Shown here in pieces: positions 1 through 10,381 of a stretch of 64,000 nucleotides of DNA. Made by a program: the position numbers and the translations under genes. The stretch's first letter is position 1. The number at the start of each line of letters is the position of its first letter. Where the stretch lies: the IMG/VR virus record IMGVR_UViG_3300050343_000265, positions 1 through 64,000 of that record; one strand, 5' to 3'. Below the pieces are notes generated by a model that saw nothing but the letters and a program-made list of their open reading frames with translations, did no database searches and was not told the DNA's origin. This DNA is from a virus.

Positions 1-16
1 CTAATGTTACGCACAA

Positions 17-237
17 GTTCTAACGTAAGTTATGAACGACAGTTATCCAACTGAAGTAACTGGTGCTTACAAATGTGAACGCAAGACGAGAACGAACACA
101 ACACAATAGTTAACATTAAGTGTTGAACTAAAGATATTGTGTGAGTTCTACTTGCGTGAACAGAAGAATAAACGTGAGCTCAATTGCGTAAGCAATTACG
201 AGCGAACTACAGTAGTAATGAGCGAGCGAAGCGAGCG
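17..237. other. Non-coding hairpin-rich region (ssDNA or RNA structure)
   Basis: GTAA-loop hairpins at 17-37 and 178-203, a long interrupted stem at 79-157, and GAGCGAGCGAAGCGAGCG at 220-237; no ORF. Confidence 0.5.
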
Positions 238-487
238 GGTGAAACCCTTGTGCTCTACTAGTTTATTTTTTTTGTTCCACCGGCCGATCGGGAACAGAGG
301 GTATTAAACATGTCTAAAATTTTGTATCATTTTTAGCCCCCTATAGAGGTTTTTCCCTGCCGATGTATAGATAGACTTTATATTTTAGTTTTCCACAATC
401 ACTACAACTACGTTGTATGGCTGTGTGACGTATTGACAAATTACTGAAAAGTCTGCGTGGTTCTGCCTGCTTTGGAGTCGAGCAGCA

Positions 488-612
488 AAGCTACACAAAC
501 TACCGTGGTTTCCTATATACCTTCTTTTTAATTCCTTAGCCCTCTCCTCCTATGTAATTTATTCAGAAAGGGTTAGATAGAACCGTAGCTAGCGTAGTTT
601 TGTAGTTTGTAG
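488..612. repeat. Inverted CTAC/GTAG iteron element, copy A (putative origin)
   Basis: Arms are 41/48 and 23/27 nt identical to the copy at 41406-41520. Confidence 0.7.
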
Positions 613-641
613 AATGGTCAAAGATTACAAATATTAGAAAG

Positions 642-3600
642 ATGCCACAACAACCTGGTTGGTATAACGTAGCTGGTAAAGGTGAACGTTATTGGGACGG
701 TAAAAATTATAGATTTTATGGACCCAGTGGCACTGCTGCTTCTAAAGGTCAGGGCAAGATAAGCTCAGACGTTGGTGGAATGTTTAATAATATTGTTGAT
801 GCTTTTGGTAGAACTACTTCTGATCCATCAAAAGTTGGACAACAACGTTGGCAGCAGCAAGGTTATAAATCAATGGCTGACTACCAAAAAGCTATGACGA
901 AAGCAAGAGAAACTTCTGGACAAACAGGAAGTAATATGTGGCGTTTTCCTTGGGCTAAAGATCAAGTGAAACCATCGACACCAACACCAGTAGACAAAAG
1001 AACTGGAAGTGTAGATAGTCCTACTAAATATCCAACTAGAGCTGAGTTAGAAACTATAAAACCTAGCCGAGACTACCAACAAGAAAGGGATGAGGACTCA
1101 GGTAATATCAATGGTGTAATGCAGAAAGGGCGAGATCTATCTGCAATTAATTCCGCATACGCAGATCTGTTTGAGGGTATGACATACAACGGTAAAACTA
1201 TCTACAATAGCAATAGGTTTGTAGATAGTATTGTGAGCACACTTGAATTTAATGGTGGTCTTAATAATCGCCGTATTGTTACTACTGGGAACATCACTGC
1301 TAGTAATGATCCGGCTCAATTAAAGCATGATCTAAATGAGCAGCTAATTAAAGGTGCTGAGGTGCTTGCTGCAGGTGATCTTCTCGGAATGCCTAAGGAT
1401 GAGGCTATGGAGAAGTATAGAGAGAAGCAAAGAGATGAATATCTGCAAAAGACGATGGGACGAGAGGCATATCTGAAATATAAGGGTAAAGATTTCGCTG
1501 TCAACGTAGAGGATGATGAACTAGTACGCGATTCAAGGAATTATGAGCGTGGATTCCAAAAGGAAATGCCACAACGGGAGGCAGATGTCTTTTCAGATGC
1601 AGAATACGGTTCAAATGAAGCAGATCTTCAGCAAGTAAGTTCAGATCGTATTGAAAGCATCCAACAACAGGACCAATCTGGGTTAGGTCGTCAGATCGTG
1701 TCGATAAGAAGTTCCGTGGAGCACGAAGAGACAATTCACCTTACAAAGTCAATGTCAATCTGGATGATTCGTTTGAATTAGATGGAACACCACGTGGATT
1801 CGTTCAAGGAGACGTTCAACCAGGACAAATTGTCCCAAGAGAGCTGCGTGAAGCTGCAATTTTGCAGGATGCAGAGCTGACAGATCAGAAGCGCTCCCTG
1901 CCTATGTATCAGTCATACAGAAAGGCCCAAGTAGGCGTAATTTTGGAACAGTATTGAAAGATGGTAATGATGACGTAGTTAAAGAGCGGTTATCACGGGT
2001 TAAGCGTGCTCGACCTGCTGGTCAGACGTTAAATCCTGAAGACGTCATCTCAGTTGACAAATTTGAGACCGCAAGGCGAGGTCGCGAACGTGGAATCGGT
2101 AATGACGGTCCTGAAGAGATGCGTCGTGTTCGTAATGCTCCGTCTCGTGCACAGATTGGACCCGGTAGTGCTTATGACCGTCTGGTAAAAGGAATTGAGA
2201 ACGGAACAGTCGCACCGACTGACGAAAACTTCCGTTTGTTGGATCGAATGCTTGAATCTGCTGATCCTCAGACAGCTGCTCGTAATGCAAGGATCCGTGG
2301 TCGTAAATTAGTACGAGAATCACGTCCTGTTGGTCTTGAGTCTTCTGAACGTCAGGCACGCAGTCGTAAACAGGCTGAAAAGGATATCGTAAGTCAATTA
2401 ATTGCAAGTCAGGGTAGTACTCCTGAAATGATTGGTGAAACAGTCATGTCTGATGAGGCTTGGAAGGCTAAGGCACAGAAAGTCATTCCATCACTGCCTA
2501 TTCGATCCCAAGCTGACAACATCAGTGATAGACCTGTCTACCAGATGGTGAATCAGTCTGGTCAAGTAGTTGGACACAGTGACGGTACGAGTTTCTTGGG
2601 TGAAGTGAATGATCCAACCAATTCACAGATGCTGAATGCTCCGACACCAGCAGATAAGAGTTTGATGAGCTTCATAAGTGAGAACCTTGAATCCAGATTC
2701 GAAGGGTGGTGATTTTCAAGTCAATATTACTGATGCAACAAGCACGTTTACTGATCGTGCACGTGGATTGACAATTGGCACGCTTTGGTCGTGAGTTAAA
2801 AGCTCTTCCACCAGGAATTCGCAGCTTTACTGATGCAAGTCAGGCTGATGGCTCGAATTATTCAAGAAGGTCAGGAATCAAGACACTTCATTCAGTAGCT
2901 TCAATCCTGAAATCCAACTCAACCGAAAAAGTCCCACCAGGTGTAGGCACCAACTGTTAGTGACTTGATGAGCACTATGAATATTGATAAGAAAGAGCAA
3001 AAGAATCTTGCTAATGCTTTGTACATGATGTCTTTGGCAGAAGGCCAAGATGTAAACCAAGAAGGTAAGCAAAGGTTTGCTGAACGACGTGGTTCTTACC
3101 AACCTGTCTATCGTCCTAATGCACAACGGGGAAGTGTCAATCTAGATCTACGTAGGCAAGGGAATTGCAGCAGTAGATCTGCCTAGATCAGAACATCACT
3201 TTTGATAGTCCAGCTGGACGTTTCTACGACGGTGCTGAGTTGCATATCTTCCGAATTCAAAGCGGCAAAATGATGGATAAAAGCAGATTTACTGTCCAAG
3301 CAGCTCTACGAGAATCATATCAAGGAGATCTTAGATCCTGAGACTCGTGCCCCATTCATTGGTGCTACAAAAGAAGCCGGTGAAGGTCCTGCATGGTATT
3401 TAGAAAAGGTTTCAATAGAGAAGGGTAAAGATGGTATCTCATTGAAGAAGGATATTCGAAGCAAATGGAAAGAGACCGTAATAAGAAGTCAGGTCGCAAA
3501 GGTATGACCAACGGAAAGTAGACTTTGATATTGCCAGAGCACGTGGTGTCGAGGAACGTACAGAACGGATGTACGAAGATCAAATGGTTCGTCAGATCAT

Positions 3601-4127
3601 GCAGGAAGTAGATAGCCGTAAAGCTGATGAACGCTTTAGCGCAAGATGTGAATATGAGCTTCGAGCGTGAACGTATGGAAGAGCGAGTCCTAAAACAAGG
3701 ACTTGCTGGTGGCAATGCATTGAACACTGATATCCAGTCAATCAAACCTGCACCTGTACAACGTTCAATCGCTCCTGACCCTTGGGCACAGCCAGGTCCA
3801 AACAGTCAACCAATGGTTAGTGCAGGAGGTGGTATGGGAGGACAACCTCCACGTCGTCCAGTAGCTGCACTGCCTTATGGATTCTCAGACGGAGATGAGC
3901 AAGGTCCTGATCTAGAACGTAAGCGCGGTCCAGGATATAAAACAACCGCAGGTCCAGGTAATGCACAAGGTCGAGTAGAACGTCGCCTCCGTCAAATGGA
4001 AAACCTGCGTACCAATCCTAAGTATCAACGTGGACGCCGTATTGCTTATGGAGTTGGAGGTGCTACTGCATTAGGTAGTATCCTAGGTATAGGCAATGAT
4101 GACGAACGTGAGGAACGTTACCAATGA
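642..4127 (+). CDS. Large putative internal virion protein, broken by several frameshifts (pieces 642-1781, 1954-2712, 2775-2960, 2965-3186, 3627-4127)
   Basis: Continuous coding-like composition across frame changes; TAGAAT at 610; hydrophobic Gly-rich C-terminus. Confidence 0.5.
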
Positions 4128-4438
4128 AGTTCTCAAGAGAAAACATTAAACAGGGACTATTAAATCAACAAGCCTCTATTGAAACGCCCGATAGCTTTGC
4201 CACTATTGATGGTGCGACAGTTCCTGGCCAAAGCATGGAACTCTCCAGTGCACATCAACGGATGGCTGGTCAGCAAGGTGCAAGGGCATTGGCAATGATG
4301 AATAACCCAGAAGAGCAAGCACGCACTGAAGGTTGGATGAATATGTTCAGGCTAAGTAATCAAGGTGCAGAGTTCGATCGTGCTAGACAAATGGCCATGG
4401 CACCACCTCCACCACCTGGAAGTGAAGGTATGGTTTAA
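4124..4438 (+). CDS. Hypothetical protein (RMAG motif)
   Basis: ATGA overlap with the upstream ORF. Confidence 0.7.
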   Translation: MKFSRENIKQGLLNQQASIETPDSFATIDGATVPGQSMELSSAHQRMAGQQGARALAMMNNPEEQARTEGWMNMFRLSNQGAEFDRARQMAMAPPPPPGSEGMV

Positions 4439-4498
4439 GACAAATATTTAACCAAGCTAAAATAAAAAGAGCTTCTGTAATTTACGGATAAATACATC

Positions 4499-5080
4499 AT
4501 GATAGGACTATTAGCCAGAGCAATTGCAGCTGCAAAAGGTTTAAAAGCTGGGGCTGCCGTTAGCAAAGCAGTAGGCGGAGCTCGATTTGCTGGAACAAAA
4601 CTTGCAGAAAAACTTGGTCCTAACTTTGCAAAAGCATTCCCTAAAGAAATTAATGGTGTGCCGTTACGTGGTCGTGGAATTGTTGGATCAGTTTTACCTG
4701 ACATCGGTTTTGGGGTAATGTCTGGAATGCAGCAACCAGGTGATCTAGGAGATAAAATGATTGCTGGTGGAACGGATATGATTCTTGGAGCAGGACTGAC
4801 TGGAGGATTACGTGGAGTACTTGGTGCTCGTCCTGGATCAGCACTAAGTAACACAATCGAGATGGCTGGTGGTTACGGATCTGGAATGGCTTCATATCCG
4901 CTTTCAGAACAATTGCTACGAATTAAAGGTGGAGGACAAAGCCCCTATGACAAATTACAGACAGAACAATATGCAGAAATGGAGCAACAGATTAAAGACG
5001 ATCTATATGCACAAATGATGGGCGGTAATCGCACACCATATATACAAGATCCATTCCTTTCAGCCAACGGGTTAGCGTAA
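4499..5080 (+). CDS. Putative internal virion/ejection protein
   Basis: Gly/Ala-rich hydrophobic segments; TAAAAT at 4458. Confidence 0.6.
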   Translation: MIGLLARAIAAAKGLKAGAAVSKAVGGARFAGTKLAEKLGPNFAKAFPKEINGVPLRGRGIVGSVLPDIGFGVMSGMQQPGDLGDKMIAGGTDMILGAGLTGGLRGVLGARPGSALSNTIEMAGGYGSGMASYPLSEQLLRIKGGGQSPYDKLQTEQYAEMEQQIKDDLYAQMMGGNRTPYIQDPFLSANGLA

Positions 5081-6246
5081 TGAGAGAAGGACGTATTAAA
5101 AATATTCTTGAGACTCTTCAGCGAGTTAAGGCAGGTGCAACGTCAGCATTCGGTGAAGGTAGGGAAGATCATCGTGCTGCACTAAAGCAGGGCTTGAAAG
5201 CACAAGGTATTGAAACTGATTCCACAATGTGGGAACAGATGATGGGCTCCAACGCCACAGTCACTAGAGCACGTGAACTGATGGGTATGGCAGACCCTGC
5301 ACAGGTACAAGCACGTAAGAACATGGGCCTAGGGCTCTCAGAAGACAAGGCAACACGGATTGGACAAGTTCTGGGGACGCTTGGTTCTGATGTGGTCCAA
5401 GACCGTGGAAGGAGCATCTGGTGGCTACTCAATGCACCACAGGCAACAGCACAAGTCCTACAAGATCTTGCACTCAAGAAGCACGCACCAAACTTATATA
5501 AGGCTGACGTAGTTCCAGGGGTCAACACTTTTAAAACTGCTGTCCGAGAAGGTCTAGTTGATGCCGAAAGTGGAATGGAGAAAAAAGGCGTTTCTACACG
5601 GAAAGTACAAGTTGGTAAAACCAAAGGTGGTGAGCCTAAGTTCCGTACCGAATATAGAAAGCGTCGTTACGAACCAGGCTTTGTGGATGTACTTGCTTTC
5701 CCAGCTGGACTTGCAGTGAACAGTTCAATCGGTTTAATGAATCCGTTTGGTGGACAGGAAGGTTATAAGGCAGTATTCGAGAGTGAAGAAGATGCAAGTA
5801 AGACTTCAAATGTACTTGGAGAAGTAGCAGCTAAGTATGTCCTAGGTAAGACTGGTAACTTGCTCCCATGGGATGAGTTTAAGAAAGTACGTCCAGACGT
5901 ATCGAAGGGTGAGTACATGGCGTACAAAGCATTCAAGTTTGACAACGACGCTGACCTCAATCCATTAGATGGAGATCTTGTGGGACCAGCTGGTGTGATC
6001 AAGTACACCGATGAAGGCATTCACGGACCTGAGGTTCAGTTCCTTGGTCGTAGCCTTCCAATCGCTACTGGCATCATGCCAACTGCAGCAGCAATTGCAG
6101 GTACTGCATATGGAGCACGTCGTGGACCTGGTCGTGGGTTAGCAACAGGATTACTTTCCTCAGGAGCAGCGATGCTCACAGGAAACATTATCGAAGGTGA
6201 ACGCCGTCGTCGCAATGCTGAATCAAACGGTATTGATACAATTTAA
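5080..6246 (+). CDS. Putative internal virion protein
   Basis: 388 aa, coupled by TAATG, hydrophobic C-terminal hairpin. Confidence 0.65.
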   Translation: MREGRIKNILETLQRVKAGATSAFGEGREDHRAALKQGLKAQGIETDSTMWEQMMGSNATVTRARELMGMADPAQVQARKNMGLGLSEDKATRIGQVLGTLGSDVVQDRGRSIWWLLNAPQATAQVLQDLALKKHAPNLYKADVVPGVNTFKTAVREGLVDAESGMEKKGVSTRKVQVGKTKGGEPKFRTEYRKRRYEPGFVDVLAFPAGLAVNSSIGLMNPFGGQEGYKAVFESEEDASKTSNVLGEVAAKYVLGKTGNLLPWDEFKKVRPDVSKGEYMAYKAFKFDNDADLNPLDGDLVGPAGVIKYTDEGIHGPEVQFLGRSLPIATGIMPTAAAIAGTAYGARRGPGRGLATGLLSSGAAMLTGNIIEGERRRRNAESNGIDTI

Positions 6247-6263
6247 AGATAAGGATTAATAAA

Positions 6264-6605
6264 ATGACTGCATACGCTGGCGGCCCACAAATTCAAAACT
6301 ATTTAGATCCCGAAAGGCCAGACTATGGGGCTATACTTTTATCAGGAGCAGAGTCAACAAGTGCATTGGAGCAAGCTTTAATGAAATTAAATTCAGAAGT
6401 ACAAGGTACCGAAACAATATTTGATGCACGAGTAAAGGCAGCAAAGATGGGAGCTGCTGATGCTTCAAACCTTGCGGGCGCAGAGACGTTTGCAGCAGGC
6501 TTGGGAGCAGGAGCTAAAGCAATTAGTGCAGGAATTGGTGCTATTCCAACTGGTGGTGGTGGTGGTAATGAAGGTTTAGGGATACAGGCAACAGATATAC
6601 TATAG
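6264..6605 (+). CDS. Ala/Gly-rich putative ejection protein (3' end possibly frameshifted)
   Basis: ORF and composition. Confidence 0.55.
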   Translation: MTAYAGGPQIQNYLDPERPDYGAILLSGAESTSALEQALMKLNSEVQGTETIFDARVKAAKMGAADASNLAGAETFAAGLGAGAKAISAGIGAIPTGGGGGNEGLGIQATDIL

Positions 6606-6757
6606 ATCACAGCACAGTGGGGCTGGATCAGCGCTAGGTGAAGCTTAATAGGAATGACTGGCTACAGGTGGTACTTTATGGAATTCAGATATGACCAGTA
6701 ATCTATTTTAAGAGAAATTTTCCAAGTTAAACTAAATAAAGGAATTACCGTAGAAAC

Positions 6758-7462
6758 ATGGCACGTCAAGCTCCTAGTATTTTTGGCTTTACAGGTAAAA
6801 GTCGGTGACTATAAAGTACCTGAATTTTGGGGACTCGGCACAGCTCGTACTACAACAAGTGCAGGTAGTGCAGCAGACACTGTAAGTGTTGGTTCTATAT
6901 ACGGAGGACTTAGAGAAAACTCACCAGATCACGAAGATATTGTCAAGAGAATGGAACGCATGCGGATGGAAGAAAATATAGCAGCACAAACAGCTAGTGC
7001 ATTCATGGAGAAAGCTAGGCATTGAAGCTGACGCAACAAAGGATATTGCAAAGTTTGAATCGAAAGCTGCTAAGGATCAAGCAGATGCAACCAAAAAGGG
7101 TAGTATCTTTAGTGCAATTGGAAGCATCGCTTCTGCAGCAGCACCATTACTTGCTAGCGTCAGACGAAGATACTAAACATACAATCGATAAGTTAGAAAA
7201 CGCATGTGAAACACTGCGTCAATTAAAGCCTGTCACCTTCTTCTACAAAGAAGAGTACAGCCAACATCCAGAGCGTATGCACTATGGATTTATTGCACAG
7301 GAATATCAGAAGGTAATGCCTGATGCAACCTATACAGATTCAACGACTGGCAAGCTTTGCATTGATCCTATTGAACTGATCGGACTACTCGTACGTGCTA
7401 ATCAAGAGCTAGAAGTACGTGTTACGCGGATGGAAGCAAAACAAGCATTAGCAACTGTGTAA
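6758..7462 (+). CDS. Virion protein with C-terminal peptidase S74 chaperone domain (frameshifted)
   Basis: SDEDTKH..LKPVTFFYK..GFIAQE..IDPIELIGLLV motif; N-terminus split across frames. Confidence 0.7.
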
Positions 7463-7507
7463 AATAGTAAAAGATCAGCAGAAGATGAAAGAGTTTCCTA
7501 TTACAGT

Positions 7508-7756
7508 TTAGGTAATCGAGAAGAACGTAGAGCTACTGCAGAAGCCCGTAATGACAATTTACTCCTGCGTGCTCAACAGCGTGCCGATGCGAACGAAAGT
7601 CGTTTAGATGAATTGGGTTATCTCAGGTCACGCGATAATAAAGAAGATCTCCGTTATAACGAAAGGATGGAACGTGAAAACAAGAAAGACAGACGTGCAG
7701 CTATTTCTTCAACAGTTGCAGGTCTTGTTGCCCTTGGTGCAGCTTTTGCAGTTTAA
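7508..7756 (+). pseudogene. 5'-truncated ORF (coiled coil plus C-terminal TM helix)
   Basis: Reads ..RRAAISSTVAGLVALGAAFAV*; no in-frame start near the 5' end. Confidence 0.45.
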
Positions 7757-7759
7757 GAA

Positions 7760-8273
7760 TTACTGGCCATAATTGTAACCAGCAATGAAGGCATTGTTCT
7801 TGGCGATGCCCCCTGCAACATCTGCGGGAATCTCCCATTTACGTAAGAAATATTCAGATGCGGCTTGTGGTGTTTGGAAAGTAGTATTTAAAAAATCATT
7901 AGTAACCTTGTTGTATTCAGGCAATTGATTTTGTGACAACGCATGATCTAATTGACCTTTCCAATTGGTATTAAGCTACAGCAAGTGCTCCAGCCTTACG
8001 TTTAGCTGATTTAAGCTTCGATGCAGAATCAATTTGCATCTTCTTGGCTTTTACATCTGCGTCAGCAGTAAGACGTGTTGCAGCTACCTCAGCCTGGTTT
8101 TTAATAGTAGCTAGCTTTTCTTTCTTCTTCAACTCTGCATTCGTCAGAGCAATTTCACCCATGTTCGGTGAGTTTCTACGTGCTGCTAAGAATGCACGAA
8201 GAGTATCGTCAGCAACTGCCTTACCTGCCTGTGAGTAATTACCTTGTGCACCGATACCTTGAAACTTGATCAT
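7760..8273 (-). pseudogene. Internal virion protein with tail-lysozyme-like C-terminal fragment; middle missing or frameshifted
   Basis: ORF 8273-7971, then in another frame NWKGQLDHAL..FQTPQAASEYFLRKWEIP, resembling the Phage_lysozyme2 C-terminal half. Confidence 0.5.
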
Positions 8274-8340
8274 ATTGATTAATCATGCGATATGGCTATT
8301 CTAACTTTTGTAGAATATAGAAAATGTGTGTTAAATAAGA

Positions 8341-9547
8341 ATGGCTTCAGTAGATCCAAAATACATGAAAAAAACTGTTACTGGCACAACCAGAGGGGAA
8401 TTGCAAGGGTCATCTCCACAGGGCGGACGTAAAATTAATCCTCCTGTAGCTCCAACAATTGCTGGTGCTAGCTATGGAACTGGCAGTCAAAAATCAACTA
8501 CTAATAACCCCCTACCACCAACAGCGTCTACTCCTACCCCTACGCAGGAACTAAAACCCTCCCCGGTCAACCAACCCTCCCCCCGGAACACAAAAAGGAT
8601 CTTTTGATTTTAAAAAAATCATGGATTCGTTTTATAATTACAAACCTAAGGAAGATGGTGATGCCACTGATTTGCAGAAGCAGGCATATCAAGGAAATAT
8701 GGTTCAATCGATTCTTGATAGCCAATTAGCACAGCAGCTGGGTCAATACAATGCAGGCTTAGCTCAAGATAATATGACGCATCAAGCTGATCTTGAGCAA
8801 CGTAATCAGACTGGCCTAATGGCTGAGGAGTTTAATTATGGAATGGCTGGAATGGATGCGCAGTTCAAGTACGGAGAACAAGGAGCACAGAATCAACATG
8901 AACGTGATATCGGAATGCTATCGGCAACTGGTGAAGAGCAGCGGCTTAATCTTTCAGCACAAGGTGATCAAGATCGTCTGGGTCAAATCGTAAAGGGTGA
9001 ACAAGATCGTATGACCAACGATCTAAATAACCAATCCTCCGAAGCAATTGCTTCTGGACGATATTCCGCTGATACAACAATTGCATCAACACAAGCCGAT
9101 GCTAGTAAGTACGGATCTAAAGAAGCTGCCGACGCGAGTAAGTATGGTTCTCAGGCTAGTAAAGATGCAAGCATTTACGGTTCGGATCGATCGGCTCAAT
9201 CGAGTATGTATGGATCTGACAAATCAGCTGAAGCAAGTATCTATGGATCTCAAGCAGCTAAAGATTCAAGTATCTTTGGTTCACAAGCATCAAAGGACGC
9301 AAGTACTTATGGATCTGATAAATCAGCTCAAGCTAGTATGTATGGATCTGACAGATCAGCTCAAGCCAGTATGTATGGAGCAGATAAATCTCTTGAAGGA
9401 TCTAAATATGGTACAGATGGAGTTATCCGTAACACTCGTGCAACAGGAGATGAAACTCGTAAGACCATGGATACTGAGCAACAGCTAAAAGCAAAAGAGC
9501 GGGCAGGGATGCATAAGTATGCACGTGGTACAGCGAGGGCTATGTAG
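8341..9547 (+). CDS. Putative DNA pilot/ejection protein with 11-aa repeats (one frameshift near 8590)
   Basis: The 8621 frame is open upstream (GSFDFKKIMDS); about 10 ASxYGSxxxxx repeats. Confidence 0.6.
9100..9412 (+). repeat. 33-bp tandem coding repeat
   Basis: Units such as ASKYGSQASKD and ASMYGSDRSAQ. Confidence 0.9.
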
Positions 9548-10086
9548 TGTCAACCACGAAGGCTAAAACAGGTAAGGTCTATTTAAATACAGTTGACCAA
9601 TGGTTGGATAATATCCCTGCATCTGATAGTGAGGACTTCAAAGAATTTGCTGAGGTAACTCCATCCATCATTGAGATTTGGGTATATTCAGGAATCGTTG
9701 GATATGAAGGTACATTCAATGATCTTAGTCGATGGGTCAAAATGAAATATAAGAAGCTGGATCGTCGTGGAATTCTTAACAGTGAAATTAGTGCCCTTCA
9801 TTCCGATATACAGGAACTTAGAATGGCTATTACCTCAGGAGAAATCAAAGGAGATAACGGTGCTGCCAGGTTGGCGGCCCTGGAAAAAGAGCTTCGTTCT
9901 CACATTGAAGTCTCCGAACGAATCAATAAGTCTACTGATAAACGCGGGCTCGTCTTGGCCGGTGCAGACAGAGTGATGCGTGAAATGACAAGTATTTTCA
10001 AAGATGATCCTCAATTTGCTGAACCCATTGAAAATGCTATAAATGCAGTATGGGCAAAAGTCTATAGTGAGGTTAGTAATGCATGA
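9547..10086 (+). CDS. Helical protein, candidate terminase small subunit
   Basis: Size and position upstream of TerL only. Confidence 0.45.
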   Translation: MSTTKAKTGKVYLNTVDQWLDNIPASDSEDFKEFAEVTPSIIEIWVYSGIVGYEGTFNDLSRWVKMKYKKLDRRGILNSEISALHSDIQELRMAITSGEIKGDNGAARLAALEKELRSHIEVSERINKSTDKRGLVLAGADRVMREMTSIFKDDPQFAEPIENAINAVWAKVYSEVSNA

Positions 10087-10354
10087 TCTTAGTCTGCCAG
10101 AACTTCCTGGTTATATTCCTAGTGTTGATATTCAAGAGCTGCGTCGTCAGGAGTATTTAGATAACCGATTGCCATCGATGCCTGGTGTAAGTATTGAAAA
10201 GTACTTTATGACTGATAGGCAAGCAGAAGCAGCAGCATTGGCACAAGCTATTGGCATCGCATACGAAGAAGATAGACAGCGTGCAATTATTATGCGAGCA
10301 AAGATGAGAGCTGAAGAAAGAATTGCTCAAAGATATGCTGAGGGTGAATATTAA
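10079..10354 (+). CDS. Hypothetical protein
   Basis: ORF; probable start MHDLSL. Confidence 0.6.
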   Translation: MHDLSLPELPGYIPSVDIQELRRQEYLDNRLPSMPGVSIEKYFMTDRQAEAAALAQAIGIAYEEDRQRAIIMRAKMRAEERIAQRYAEGEY

Positions 10355-10381
10355 AAGCTAGACTGATAGAAAAGTATCAGT

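Noticed and set aside
1700-8620. Mass pseudogenisation or programmed frameshifting of internal virion genes
   Set aside because: Dense indels and apparent dropouts in probably essential genes, with no consistent slippery sites, are most simply explained as long-read or assembly error; raw reads are needed to settle it.
9100-9412. CRISPR-like array
   Set aside because: Degenerate in-frame coding repeats with no spacers; no cas genes in the window.
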